A stretch of 64,000 nucleotides of DNA from an uncultured virus (IMG/VR IMGVR_UViG_3300033997_000210) (Duplodnaviria; Heunggongvirae; Uroviricota; Caudoviricetes): the IMG/VR virus record IMGVR_UViG_3300033997_000210; one strand, written 5' to 3'. Positions 46,911 through 56,340 of this stretch are shown here, in pieces. Position numbers and translations under genes: made by a program. Each line of letters opens with the position of its first letter. Position 1 is the first letter of the stretch. Below the pieces are notes generated by a model, which ran no database searches, had not been told where the DNA came from, and saw only the letters and a list, made by a program, of their open reading frames with translations.

Positions 46911-46925
46911 TTAGTACAATTACTA
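46911..46925. promoter_or_regulatory. LexA (SOS) box, Xanthomonas/Xylella type
   Basis: TTAG-TACAAT-TACTA matches TTAG-N6-TACTA, about 50 bp upstream of umuD. Confidence 0.8.
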
Positions 46926-47033
46926 ATTTATGGCCGTGATCGTCGCCCTCGAATTCCTGAACGCGTTCCGCAGAGAGGTCCAGGCGCCGCGGCAGTCGCG
47001 AACTGCGCGACGCTCAGCGGGCATCCTGCAGCG

Positions 47034-47249
47034 ATGGCGAACTGGCAAAAGGACCCGGCCTCATTGGAGGCCAAGGCGGCGGCCAAGCTGCAGCAGGCGT
47101 CGGACCTCGAACGAGATACCTCTGGAAGTTGGCGTTGCCGCGCGCGCCGCCGGCAGAGCGCGCAACGTCTGCGTGCTACGGCCAGCAGCCATCAACGCGC
47201 CGCAGGCCGCTTGGTAGGCTTGGATCTGCCCGAGGACCTACCGTTCTAG
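47034..47249 (+). CDS. Small basic hypothetical protein
   Basis: 71-aa ORF between the SOS box and the integrase stop. Confidence 0.5.
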   Translation: MANWQKDPASLEAKAAAKLQQASDLERDTSGSWRCRARRRQSAQRLRATASSHQRAAGRLVGLDLPEDLPF

Positions 47250-48595
47250 CGGCTCAGGCCCTTGCGCATCGGCACCACCGTCGCACCGGCGCCGGAAAGC
47301 AGTTCGTACAGGGCCTCCACCGCAGCGCGTTTCTCCGCGTCGTACTCGAAGAAGTTGTAATGCCGCTTCTGGACGCCGCTCAGGCCGTGGGATTGCAGGT
47401 GGCCACGGACTTCTTCCGATAGCCCCAGCGCAGCGAGCCGAGTCTCCACCGTGCGTCGTAGGTCGCCCGGTGTGAACGGCGCTGTCAGCTCGCCGGCGGC
47501 CACCATGCTGGCCACCACCGGATCCATGATTCCCCGGAACTCGTCATAGGTGGCAGGCGCCTTACCGGCGGTGAGCGAGAACAGGTGCGGTCTGGCGCCG
47601 CCGCCGTCACTGTCATCATCGCCACGCAGGACGGCGAGATCCGCAGCCATCACCGGGAGCAGCGGCACCAGGTGCACACGGGGCACGCGACGACGCCCCT
47701 TGATGTCGAGCAAGCGGACGGATCCGGTACCGGTGTCCGTGTCGTGATCGTGATCTGACCACTTCAGCCGCATCAGCTGTGCAATGCGCTGCCCGCCGGT
47801 CAGCAGGTGGAAGCGCAGCAGGGCGCCCTGTCGTCCCGGCAGGTTCTCGATCCTGCGCCAGTAGGCACGAAGCTCGGCCACCGAAAGAACCCGGTCGCGC
47901 GGCTGACCGCTGTCGAGCGTGGCCAAGTCGCGCGCCGGGTTTCTGGATACGTTGAGCACGCGCAGAGCGTCGGGGGCGGCCGCGTCCTGCTTGGCTGCGA
48001 TCGCCGCCGCATACGCTGCACGCAGGTATGACCGGATCTTGCCGCCTTCGCGGAGCTTCTTGGCGCGCACAAGCCGCGACAGGATCGGAAGCAGGTCATC
48101 CAGCTCAAGCTCGGATGCCGGGCGCGCCCAGAGGTCTGGCCACGGATCCTCGATGTGGCGCGTGATGGAAGCGCGCGTCGCAGCGGCAGAGACCTTGCCG
48201 GCGTCCTCCAAGCTTTGGGCATAGGCTGTCATCAGAGCGCCCAACGTGGCGCCTGATCGCCGCGTCGATTCGGCCAGGGCCTCGGCTTTCGCACGGTCCA
48301 TCGCCGCTGCCTCGGCCGCGATCGCGTCCCGCAAATCCCGATCGCCGGCCTGATACCGCCGGGACAAGCCCGCCGCCGCATCGCGTGCTGTGGTCAGCGC
48401 CAGGCCGGTGCCGATCAGCAGGCGGTCGCGCTGGCCGTTGGACTTCGTGTACCTGTAGTAGAACCGCAGCTGCCCGCCGGCCAGCTTGCGGACGTCCAGG
48501 CAGCCCGCGCCGCGCGGCGCCGGATCTGAGGCCCATTCGCCGACCGGCAGTGCGGCCAGTCCCTTCGTTGTAAGCATTCCCTTTGATGCGCCCAT
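47246..48595 (-). CDS. Tyrosine integrase of prophage 1 (P4-like, with arm-binding domain)
   Basis: LLTGGQR, GDLRRT, LQSH and HYN catalytic boxes; adjacent to attR. Confidence 0.92.
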   Translation of the reverse strand: MGASKGMLTTKGLAALPVGEWASDPAPRGAGCLDVRKLAGGQLRFYYRYTKSNGQRDRLLIGTGLALTTARDAAAGLSRRYQAGDRDLRDAIAAEAAAMDRAKAEALAESTRRSGATLGALMTAYAQSLEDAGKVSAAATRASITRHIEDPWPDLWARPASELELDDLLPILSRLVRAKKLREGGKIRSYLRAAYAAAIAAKQDAAAPDALRVLNVSRNPARDLATLDSGQPRDRVLSVAELRAYWRRIENLPGRQGALLRFHLLTGGQRIAQLMRLKWSDHDHDTDTGTGSVRLLDIKGRRRVPRVHLVPLLPVMAADLAVLRGDDDSDGGGARPHLFSLTAGKAPATYDEFRGIMDPVVASMVAAGELTAPFTPGDLRRTVETRLAALGLSEEVRGHLQSHGLSGVQKRHYNFFEYDAEKRAAVEALYELLSGAGATVVPMRKGLSR

Positions 48596-48596
48596 T

Positions 48597-48621
48597 GGTG
48601 ACCGCTCGGTGACCGTTTGTC
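48597..48621 (+). repeat. Putative integrase arm-type site, copy 2
   Basis: Identical to 203-227; abuts the integrase start codon. Confidence 0.75.
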
Positions 48622-48672
48622 CGTGGAAAGAGGTGGACGATGATGGGCGCAGGTGGTCGCACAACCTGAGAA

Positions 48673-48685
48673 AATCAAAGACTTA
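48673..48685 (+). promoter_or_regulatory. IHF site
   Basis: AATCAAAGACTTA is a perfect WATCAA-N4-TTR. Confidence 0.7.
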
Positions 48686-48733
48686 GCTTAAAGCCGGGAT
48701 GCCTGTGGAAGCGCATGGAAGACCTATAGAGGC

Positions 48734-48779
48734 CTCATAATCCCTTGGTTTCAGGTTCGAATCCTGGTGGGCCCACCAT
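48734..48779 (+). repeat. attR of prophage 1 and left att core of prophage 2
   Basis: 45 of 46 positions match 101-146. Confidence 0.95.
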
Positions 48780-48819
48780 AAAAAACAGGCACTTAGGCTG
48801 CTGCCCAAGTGCCTTTTTT
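48780..48819. terminator. Bidirectional terminator
   Basis: A-run, AGGCACTTAGGC/GCCCAAGTGCCT hairpin, then T-run. Confidence 0.7.
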
Positions 48820-48847
48820 GTGCCGTCGGGAAAATTGCCGGGAAAAT

Positions 48848-50035
48848 TCAGCGCTTGCGCGGTGGTTTCACGATTGGCATATCGTGATCGTAGCGGCCCG
48901 TCGTGGTCGGTGATTTGTGCCCGGCCGCGTCCTGCTTGTCGCCACGGTTGCCCTCGGTGTCGGTAATGCCCCGGTGCTTGAGACCGTGCATCGAGAACCG
49001 CTCGTCTTCCTCAATCACTCCCTCGCTCATTGCCATGCGAATGAAGCGTTGCCAGGCACTGGACATTGAAGACCGGGCGATGGGGTTGCCTGTCTGTTCC
49101 ACCAAGAGGAAGCGCTGCTCCGGCCTGATGGGCACAGGGAAGTTGCGACCCTTGCGGTTCCAGATCGCGTTACGTCGAGTGACCAGCGCCTCCCATGCCT
49201 CGATCATCTCCTCGTTCCATTCCGTGACTGATGCGCGCGATCCCTTCCGCCGCTCGCCATGTACGCCATGGTCCAGGCGGTGGGCGTCGGTAAGGGTGCA
49301 GACCTCGATGCCGCGCAGGCGCGCACTGAAGGCCAGCACCATCGCCGGGGCGATGTATGCCGGGCAGCTACCCTTTGTATGAGGGCGCAGGGCGCCACGC
49401 TCACGCGCGAAGGCAAGCACCTTCGCGAAGGCATCTGGGGTAGGCATCTTGTGCTCGCGTGCTTCCTTCGCCTGTCTGACGCCTTGTGCTGGGTTGCTCT
49501 TGCAGTAGCCGTGCCGGACTCCCCACGCCAAGGTGCGGCGCAGGTAGCGGAACTGGTGGTTGGCTTTGCTGGGGAACGCCGGCAGTGCGGGCTGAGTCTT
49601 AGTGGCCGGTCGTCCCCTGGCGAATACCTCCACCAGCCGCTGCACCACCGGTGTGGTGATCCTGTCCACCTGCATGCGCCCAAACGGGGTTCCGCATTTG
49701 CGCACGTAGTTGGCCAGGCTATCGGCGTATCGCTTGTAGTCGTCCTGGGTGTCCAGTGAGAGTTCCTTGAACTCGCTGGATTCGTGGAATCGATCGAACA
49801 GATAGCGAACTGTCCCGCGTTGCTGGCCGGTGGCCAGTGATTCCACGATGGCATGTAGCTCCGACAATCGCGCAGTCGCGTGGGCGACCGTGCGCTTGAC
49901 GCGACGGCCGCCCTCCGCGTGATCCTCAAGCACGTACCACCTGTTGTCGTGCCAGTAGATCCCTTGCGGCAGCGCGTCCTGCTCGATGTGCCCCGGAATG
50001 TCGGGGTTGAACTTCCTCTTTCTGCCGCGTGCCAT
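48848..50035 (-). CDS. Tyrosine integrase of prophage 2
   Basis: ARLRGIE, HGLKHRG, AAGH and RY catalytic motifs. Confidence 0.9.
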   Translation of the reverse strand: MARGRKRKFNPDIPGHIEQDALPQGIYWHDNRWYVLEDHAEGGRRVKRTVAHATARLSELHAIVESLATGQQRGTVRYLFDRFHESSEFKELSLDTQDDYKRYADSLANYVRKCGTPFGRMQVDRITTPVVQRLVEVFARGRPATKTQPALPAFPSKANHQFRYLRRTLAWGVRHGYCKSNPAQGVRQAKEAREHKMPTPDAFAKVLAFARERGALRPHTKGSCPAYIAPAMVLAFSARLRGIEVCTLTDAHRLDHGVHGERRKGSRASVTEWNEEMIEAWEALVTRRNAIWNRKGRNFPVPIRPEQRFLLVEQTGNPIARSSMSSAWQRFIRMAMSEGVIEEDERFSMHGLKHRGITDTEGNRGDKQDAAGHKSPTTTGRYDHDMPIVKPPRKR

Positions 50036-50253
50036 CAGATGTTGTCCTCTTCCCTTACGTCTTCGTGCTGCGGATCGATCAACCCCAGCGCCGCGTTCAC
50101 CGCGTCGAGGGTCGTCCAGATCCCGCCTTGGCGGTCGTACTTGTAACGGATGCCTTCCCTGTCTGCCCAGCGGCGGACTGTGACGGCCCTTGGGGGTGGG
50201 CCGTCGGGAGCGCAGATCCGCTGCAGGTCTGTGAAGTGCAGGATCTGCGCCAT
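50035..50253 (-). CDS. Excisionase-like small DNA-binding protein
   Basis: TGATG-coupled to the integrase; DLQRI...VRRWADREGIRY. Confidence 0.65.
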   Translation of the reverse strand: MAQILHFTDLQRICAPDGPPPRAVTVRRWADREGIRYKYDRQGGIWTTLDAVNAALGLIDPQHEDVREEDNI

Positions 50254-50255
50254 GC

Positions 50256-50528
50256 TCAAGCTCTCCCTGCGGCGAACAATTTCATCTGTAACACGTTGCT
50301 CGGCAAGGGTTCCTCCACCGCCGCGGCGGTCGGCTGTAGCCCGTGTTGCTTGTGCCAGTGCGCCCAAGCCAGGTCGAACGACGGGTGCTTTGCGGTGGTG
50401 CTGCAACGGCATTCGATGAGGTGGCCACCGCCCGCAGCTTCGCGCCGTAGATCGTGGATATACCGGGCTGGGTGGCCAACCGGGCAGGTTGGAAGGACGC
50501 GCGACGGTGTCTTCTGTTGCTGCGTCAT
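50256..50528 (-). CDS. Zn-binding hypothetical protein (Lar-like)
   Basis: LPTCPVGH...IECRC...AWAHW. Confidence 0.55.
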   Translation of the reverse strand: MTQQQKTPSRVLPTCPVGHPARYIHDLRREAAGGGHLIECRCSTTAKHPSFDLAWAHWHKQHGLQPTAAAVEEPLPSNVLQMKLFAAGRA

Positions 50529-51439
50529 GCGGCGGCCCTCAGTGCTTGGATGAACTGGCAAGCCTTGGGCGGGCAAACCGCATTGCCCATCATCTGCATC
50601 CCGTCCCTCTTGTTCGAGGGCAGCACGTAGCGCTCGGGAAAGCCCATGGCGATCTTGGCTTCATCGACCAAAACCATACGCATGCGGTCTCCGTCGATTA
50701 CGGCCCAACGATCCCGCGTGGTGATCGTACCGATGGGCCGAGCCAGTGACCTGCCGGTCAGGCCAGAGCCGGTGCCGAAGTAGGGCGCCACGAACCGCTC
50801 GCCGAAAGCGGCACGTCCAGCGCGTACACGGGCGATAGTGGCGGCAGCACGGCCGGGGCGCTCAATCGGCGACCATGTGCCGGCGTTGAAGTCAATGAAG
50901 CTGCTGGCGGGGACGTGAGGCATCTTCGGCAGTTTCAGTTCCAGTGGGTGCTTACTCTTGGTCAGCACGATGAAGATGCGCACGCGGTGCTGCGGCACAC
51001 CGAAGTCGGCAGCGTCCACCAGGTGCGGACTGATCGCATAGCCCAGGGCATGCACCGCTGCACACCAGGCGGGGAACAGCTTCCACTTTAGGAAAGCGGG
51101 TACGTTTTCCACCAACGCGGCCTCGGGCGAGTTGCACTCCAGCGCAGAAACGACGGCCCATGCAGTTGAGCGAGTGGCGTCGTGATGCGGACGTTCCTTG
51201 CCGCGCGCCGGGGTGTGTCCTTGGCACGCGGGCGAGGCCAGCAGGAGGTCGTAGTAGGGCATCTGGGTCCAATCGGCCTGCTGCAAGTCTTGGCATACGT
51301 GCTTTGCGCGAGGGTGGTTCGCCGCGTGCGTTGCTACGGCGGCTGGCCAATGGTTGGCTGCCCACACCACCTCGCATCCTGCCTGCTCTGCGCCCTCTGT
51401 GAATCCGCCGGCGCCGGCGAACAAGTCGGCAACCTTCAT
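50525..51439 (-). CDS. DNA cytosine-C5 methyltransferase
   Basis: DLFAGAGG, SPACQG, ENV, PQHRVR and GNAV motifs. Confidence 0.95.
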   Translation of the reverse strand: MKVADLFAGAGGFTEGAEQAGCEVVWAANHWPAAVATHAANHPRAKHVCQDLQQADWTQMPYYDLLLASPACQGHTPARGKERPHHDATRSTAWAVVSALECNSPEAALVENVPAFLKWKLFPAWCAAVHALGYAISPHLVDAADFGVPQHRVRIFIVLTKSKHPLELKLPKMPHVPASSFIDFNAGTWSPIERPGRAAATIARVRAGRAAFGERFVAPYFGTGSGLTGRSLARPIGTITTRDRWAVIDGDRMRMVLVDEAKIAMGFPERYVLPSNKRDGMQMMGNAVCPPKACQFIQALRAAA

Positions 51440-52224
51440 GCCTGAGCCTCCCTGCGGCTGGAAACAATGTGATGCGGCGGCTCTTCGCAGAAGATGCCGC
51501 AATCGAGGTTCAGCGACTTCATGGAGCCGCCCTTGTCGGTGGTCTGCAGCTGGTCGAGGAAGATCCGCTGGCCCTTCACCTTGACCAGCCGAGCGCCCAG
51601 CCGGCGCGACTGCTCAGCACGCTCGGCGAACACCTGCGGGTCGTGCTGGCGCACGTGGCTCCAGTAGGTCGGCGACTGCGACTTCACACAGCCGATGCAG
51701 TTTGCATTGGGGTAGCCGCGCAGATAGATGGCCGGCAATGCAATGCCGGCGGACAGCAGCAAAGCGGCGCAGTCGGGCTTGCTCAAGCCCGCTTCGATCA
51801 GCACTGGCAGCACGTTCTCGCGCTCGCCGCGAACGAACCGGTCATGGCGTGCGCGCTCTTCCACAGTGAAGCCGAGGACGTGGAAGTCAGGCTTGTGGAT
51901 CAGCTCCCATTCCTGGCGTGCCCGCTTCTTGAGTGCGCGGGTGCAGGGGGCGCCAGCGACACCGGCCATGTACCGCTCCTTCTCCCACACATCCACGGCG
52001 TCGCAGGTGGGGAATTTGGAATTGATGGCCGTCTCTACCTCCACCCCCAGCCATGCCGCCACATCGCGGGCAAAGCGCAGGTTGTCGGGATCTTCATTGG
52101 CCACGGGGTTGTTCACGATGCGGACCTCATGGGTCGAGGCGTAGCGGTCCAGCGTCAGCTTTGCCGCCACGGCGCTCGCGGCGCCGCAGGAGAACCACAC
52201 CGCAATCATCTGGCGCTTACCCAT
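51436..52224 (-). CDS. PAPS-reductase-like (PP-loop) protein
   Basis: WFSCGAASAVA, PCTRALK, NANCIGCVK and DCGIFC motifs. Confidence 0.8.
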   Translation of the reverse strand: MGKRQMIAVWFSCGAASAVAAKLTLDRYASTHEVRIVNNPVANEDPDNLRFARDVAAWLGVEVETAINSKFPTCDAVDVWEKERYMAGVAGAPCTRALKKRARQEWELIHKPDFHVLGFTVEERARHDRFVRGERENVLPVLIEAGLSKPDCAALLLSAGIALPAIYLRGYPNANCIGCVKSQSPTYWSHVRQHDPQVFAERAEQSRRLGARLVKVKGQRIFLDQLQTTDKGGSMKSLNLDCGIFCEEPPHHIVSSRREAQA

Positions 52225-52408
52225 GGGTGGCCTCCTTCGCGCAGCCACAGGCCGCACAGGGCGTTGCCAGCGCGGCCGCAACGGCGGCGATGTACGTGCC
52301 CTGGCCAAAGGGGCTGGTGCCCGCCAGGATGCCGCCGGCGACGTGAGGCAGGCCGGCGCTCTCGAACTCAGCGGCGAGGAACCGGCGGGCGGTGTCGATA
52401 TCAACCAC
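52217..52408 (-). CDS. Hypothetical protein
   Basis: GGAGGA SD with GTG start; overlaps both neighbours. Confidence 0.5.
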   Translation of the reverse strand: MVDIDTARRFLAAEFESAGLPHVAGGILAGTSPFGQGTYIAAVAAALATPCAACGCAKEATHG

Positions 52409-52613
52409 GGGAATCCTCCCAACCGGTGAGGGTGAATGAAGCACCGCAGTCACGGCACTCGTAGTCGCGAGAGGGACCGTTGTGGTCCGAATAGTTGCCG
52501 TCCTCACGGGTGTACGTCCGCACCGATGCCGGAACGTTCGTGAAGTCGAGGACGCCGGTCTGGCCACAGTCCGGGCAGTGCCTGCCGGGGTCGCGGATCA
52601 TCAGCTCAAGCAT
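52401..52613 (-). CDS. Small Zn-ribbon protein
   Basis: CPDCG...ECRDCG. Confidence 0.6.
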   Translation of the reverse strand: MLELMIRDPGRHCPDCGQTGVLDFTNVPASVRTYTREDGNYSDHNGPSRDYECRDCGASFTLTGWEDSRG

Positions 52614-52791
52614 GGGCCACCCCCCGGCGCACGGCCATGGGAGCGCGCCGGCGGAGCGGCTGCGGGATCTGGCCCACGGCCAAGCCGCTATGACGACGCC
52701 GAGGCGGGCGCGTCTGCCACATCTTGAGCAGGGTGGCGCCGGCGACCGGCAGCAGCACGCACATGGCCAGCAGGGCGACGAAATCAGCCAT
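52606..52791 (-). CDS. Small membrane protein
   Basis: MADFVALLAMCVLLPVAGATLL; GGAGG SD. Confidence 0.55.
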   Translation of the reverse strand: MADFVALLAMCVLLPVAGATLLKMWQTRPPRRRHSGLAVGQIPQPLRRRAPMAVRRGVAHA

Positions 52792-53209
52792 TGGCCACCT
52801 CCTGCGCGGCCTGTGCCACGGCAGCGGCCGTGGCCCGCTTGCCGGGCAGCATGTTGGCCACCTCGTAGGGGAAAGGCAGGCGGCTGGCCAGGTCGGCAAG
52901 CTCCGGCGAGATCCAGCTGGTTTCGTCGTTGAAGTCGGTCCCCTTCACCAGCTCCCAACCCTTCCTGCTCCCTTTCCGGCGCTCGAACACGCACTGCGCG
53001 ATCTTGGCCGATCCCATGTTCAGCATCGCCGTGGCGATCACGCGGTTGTGGGTGACGTGCAGGGTGATGGTTGCGCTGGCTTCGGATTCGCCGCAGTTAC
53101 CAGCATTCACACGGTTACGCACACCCGTGATAGCCTCCGCTCCGGGTCCGGTGCTGGAATCCAGCGACTTTGCGAGGGTGGTCATGGCTTTGCCTGTCAT
53201 CTGTTGCAT
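52784..53209 (-). CDS. Hypothetical protein
   Basis: AGGAG SD; 141 aa. Confidence 0.6.
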   Translation of the reverse strand: MQQMTGKAMTTLAKSLDSSTGPGAEAITGVRNRVNAGNCGESEASATITLHVTHNRVIATAMLNMGSAKIAQCVFERRKGSRKGWELVKGTDFNDETSWISPELADLASRLPFPYEVANMLPGKRATAAAVAQAAQEVANG

Positions 53210-53294
53210 GGTTCTCTCCTGAACTTCGTTGGTGGATGGCCTTGGGGGCGGTGTTGGCGCACTCCCCGCCGGGCCTTTGCTGTTGCTGCGGGTC

Positions 53295-55985
53295 TTACTT
53301 CTGGAACACCCAGCACTTCACGGTTGTGCTGGTCGTTTGGGTGGAACGGATCGCGCTGTTCACGGCTGTATTGGCGCTGATGAACTTGTGGCGCTTCGAC
53401 TCGACCAGCAGCCGTCGCAGGTCGCCAATGTCGGGCACCTGCTGACCGAAGTAGCCGGCCTTCTGAATGAACTCGTTGAGGTTGATGGCGATACGGCTTT
53501 CTTCGCGCGAATGGTTCAGCACGCTGCGCTTGTCGCCAGTGGCCTGCATCTCGATGTACTCGAACGCATCCCAGAACTCGGAGACGATGCGGTGGTCAGC
53601 GCCGATGGCATCCTGGCGTTCGGTAGCCATCTTGACCAAGGCGTCCCGCGTGTCGCGCACCATGTGCTCCGGCAGGTTCACCACCAGCCGCAGTGCATCA
53701 AGAAGTGCGAGCATCTGGGCATGGTTCTTGATGATGCGCTCGACACGCAGCTCCTTTTCCTCGCGCAACCTGGCTTCGTAGAAGCGCACGCGCTCGGCGA
53801 ACTTCTCCATCACTGCGGTTTCCGCTTTGAGCGCGGCCAGCAGGAAGTAGCTCAGCTTCTCGACCGGCAATGCATTGAGGTTGTCGGCGGCCTGCCGGCT
53901 CTCGGTCGTCGCGGTCGGCTTCTTGAAATGCAGCTTCACGATGCGCGTCAGGATGGCTTCGCTGCCATCAACGGGCGCATTCTGGCTGATGACGATGGTT
54001 CCTTGGAACGGCGGTTCGTAGGTTTCGTTGCCGCCGTTGCGCACGCCGCGTGTGGCCAGGGTGCCGCCGCCGTAGTAGTCCTTCAGTTCGTCCCACTCGA
54101 ACGATTTGGCGTGTGCCTTGTCGTTGCTATCACTGCGGTCGGCTTCCAGCAGCACGATGGGCATGCCGGAAATCTGGCCCATGGCGCGAGCGCGGCCGGC
54201 CTTGGTCGACTTGGCAGGGTCGAAGCCCTCATGGTCGGCGCGGGCCAGCAGCTTCCACAGGAAGTTGAGCAGTGTGGTCTTGCCGGCGCCGGCCTCGCCC
54301 GTAGCCTCCAAGAATGGGAAGGACTTGTGCGCGCTGCGGATCTGGTTCGCGAACAGCGAGCCAAACCAGAACGTCAGGGCCACAACCCCATGCGTGCCGA
54401 AGCACATCCATAGCCATTCAAGCCACTGGCTGGTGTACTGCTCGTGGTCACGCTGAATGTCCATCCGGATCGACCGCTGTGTGGTTTTGATGCGCAGCTT
54501 GTTGAACTCGAAATAGTCCTCGGCATTAGCGAGGGTCACCTCGCCGGCACGCACGGCCAGGTCGGGGAAGATGTACGCCTTGTGGTCAGGGCTGTAGCCG
54601 ACGAAATCGACCGTATCGACCTTTTTGATGTTGAACAGCTGGTCTTCCATCATCCGGTCCAGCTGCTGGCCGCTGCCGCTGAACACGGCGCCCTGCGCAA
54701 GGCTGATGATTCGCTTCTTGAACTCGGTAGCGCTGGCCACCTGAGCGCCGGTGAAGGTGCCTTTGACCGACGGTGCGTCGTGGGGGAAGTCAACACGGAA
54801 GTAGTACCAGCTTTCGTCGGTAGCTTCGTGGCGTTGGAAGTAGAGGGCTTCGGGGTAGCAGTTGGCGATCTGCTGCACCGAAGCACAGGCGCGCCGGATC
54901 TTGGCTTCGGTCTCTTCGCTGACCGCTCCCTCTTCGTCATCGGGGTTCTTTTCCCGCATCATCTTGTCGAAGCGCACCGCGTCGAACTCGAACCAGAACA
55001 GGCGCGAGGCGAACTCGATGTGGAACTCGGTCTTCTGCTCGCGCTGATAGATGACCAGCCCCTTATCCACGGCCGTGCGCGCCATCAGCACGGCGCCATT
55101 GTGGCGTGCCAGGTCGAGGTCAGCCTGCCACTGTGCGTCGCCGTCCTCTGCCGCCTGTGCGCGCAAGAGCAGATCGTTCCAGTCGGTTTTCTTGTCGCCT
55201 ACCTGCTCGATCTGCGCAGCCATGCACCGATAGCCCAGCTTCTCCGCCCGGCGCGCGTGCTTGATGGTGTAGGCGCGGGCGCCCGGCTCGTTGTCCAATC
55301 CCCACACCAGCACCGGCAGATCGCCCGGTCGCGCGGCTTTCAGTTCCTTGAGGGATTGCTCGGGATAGGCGTTGCTCGACATGGCCGCAACGGCGCAGAT
55401 GCCGCGCTGCAGGAGAGCAATGGCGTCGAAGATGCCCTCCACGATCCAGACTTCGCGGGAGGTGCGCAGTTGGTCCTGAGCGGCCGCGCCCCACCATACC
55501 CCAGCGTAGCTCTCGCCCGGCGCAAACCGGGCCTTCATCTTGCCGAACCGGTGGGGCCGGTCGATCAGACGTTCCCACCAGCCTCCTTTCACCAGCGGGA
55601 AGCGGACAGTGGCCGTGCCCTGGCGCTTCGCGCGGTCGTAGTAGTCCTCTTGGGTGTAGAGACCCTTCAACGGCTTGACGCTGAATCCGCGGGCGGTGGC
55701 CAGGTACGCGTCGGCTGCGGCATGCGGCGCCTGCGGCGTCTGTGGGTTGGTCTTGGAGTAGTCGTCGAACAGGTCGTCGTAGAGGTCGCGCACGCGCACC
55801 TCTTGGCCGCACTTGGCCTGTCGGCCGCAGCGCAGAACCCAAGGCTTCTGGTAGCTGGTGTATAGCTCCTTCTTGCCGCAGTGGGGGCACTTGCCCCCGC
55901 GCATGTACGGGGCGCCGCTGCGGTGCTTGAGGCCATAGTCGCGCTGGACGCGCGTCAGTACCTGTTGGCGGATCTCTTCTTGCAT
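53295..55985 (-). CDS. Zn-finger/toprim primase-helicase (P4 alpha-like)
   Basis: CPHCGK, IVEGIFDA, LDNEPG, DWND and GEAGAGKT motifs. Confidence 0.92.
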   Translation of the reverse strand: MQEEIRQQVLTRVQRDYGLKHRSGAPYMRGGKCPHCGKKELYTSYQKPWVLRCGRQAKCGQEVRVRDLYDDLFDDYSKTNPQTPQAPHAAADAYLATARGFSVKPLKGLYTQEDYYDRAKRQGTATVRFPLVKGGWWERLIDRPHRFGKMKARFAPGESYAGVWWGAAAQDQLRTSREVWIVEGIFDAIALLQRGICAVAAMSSNAYPEQSLKELKAARPGDLPVLVWGLDNEPGARAYTIKHARRAEKLGYRCMAAQIEQVGDKKTDWNDLLLRAQAAEDGDAQWQADLDLARHNGAVLMARTAVDKGLVIYQREQKTEFHIEFASRLFWFEFDAVRFDKMMREKNPDDEEGAVSEETEAKIRRACASVQQIANCYPEALYFQRHEATDESWYYFRVDFPHDAPSVKGTFTGAQVASATEFKKRIISLAQGAVFSGSGQQLDRMMEDQLFNIKKVDTVDFVGYSPDHKAYIFPDLAVRAGEVTLANAEDYFEFNKLRIKTTQRSIRMDIQRDHEQYTSQWLEWLWMCFGTHGVVALTFWFGSLFANQIRSAHKSFPFLEATGEAGAGKTTLLNFLWKLLARADHEGFDPAKSTKAGRARAMGQISGMPIVLLEADRSDSNDKAHAKSFEWDELKDYYGGGTLATRGVRNGGNETYEPPFQGTIVISQNAPVDGSEAILTRIVKLHFKKPTATTESRQAADNLNALPVEKLSYFLLAALKAETAVMEKFAERVRFYEARLREEKELRVERIIKNHAQMLALLDALRLVVNLPEHMVRDTRDALVKMATERQDAIGADHRIVSEFWDAFEYIEMQATGDKRSVLNHSREESRIAINLNEFIQKAGYFGQQVPDIGDLRRLLVESKRHKFISANTAVNSAIRSTQTTSTTVKCWVFQK

Positions 55986-55991
55986 GGCGGC

Positions 55992-56036
55992 TCAGCCTTC
56001 GTTCGCCGCGTGCGCGGCGGTGCGGTGGTGTTGCAT
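55992..56036 (-). CDS. 14-aa leader ORF MQHHRTAAHAANEG
   Basis: Strong AGGAG SD; stop lies 6 nt before the primase ATG. Confidence 0.45.
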   Translation of the reverse strand: MQHHRTAAHAANEG

Positions 56037-56094
56037 GGTTCTCTCCTGACCAATCCCGGCCGCGTTGGCGCGCTGCCGGGACGGGGGTGGGGTG

Positions 56095-56340
56095 TTACTC
56101 GACTGCGGGGCGGGACCGGCCGAGAATCGCGGCGAGGTCTTCGGCCATGTACTTCGCTACGGCAGAGGTGTGATCGGCTTCGATTTCAAGCATCTTTGCG
56201 GCCTCGCTGGGCAGCTTGGCCAGCAGCTCGGCTGCAGCTGCGATTCGGCACAGGCGCAGATAGTCGGCAAGGCTGATGACCTGGTCGCCGCGATCCACTG
56301 GACCGGGCAGCGCAGGCGTATGCCCGTTGTTGCTGGCCAT
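56095..56340 (-). CDS. Hypothetical protein
   Basis: TGATG coupling. Confidence 0.6.
   Translation of the reverse strand: MASNNGHTPALPGPVDRGDQVISLADYLRLCRIAAAAELLAKLPSEAAKMLEIEADHTSAVAKYMAEDLAAILGRSRPAVE

Noticed and set aside
47246..48595. Inactive integrase because HxLR reads GDLRR
   Set aside because: The other catalytic residues (R, K, R, H, Y) are present, that His is variable in tyrosine recombinases, and the att sites are intact.
48721..48779. A second intact tRNA (GACCTATAG resembles the tRNA 5' end)
   Set aside because: No D-arm and no 5' anticodon stem; it is only the att copy of the 3' half.
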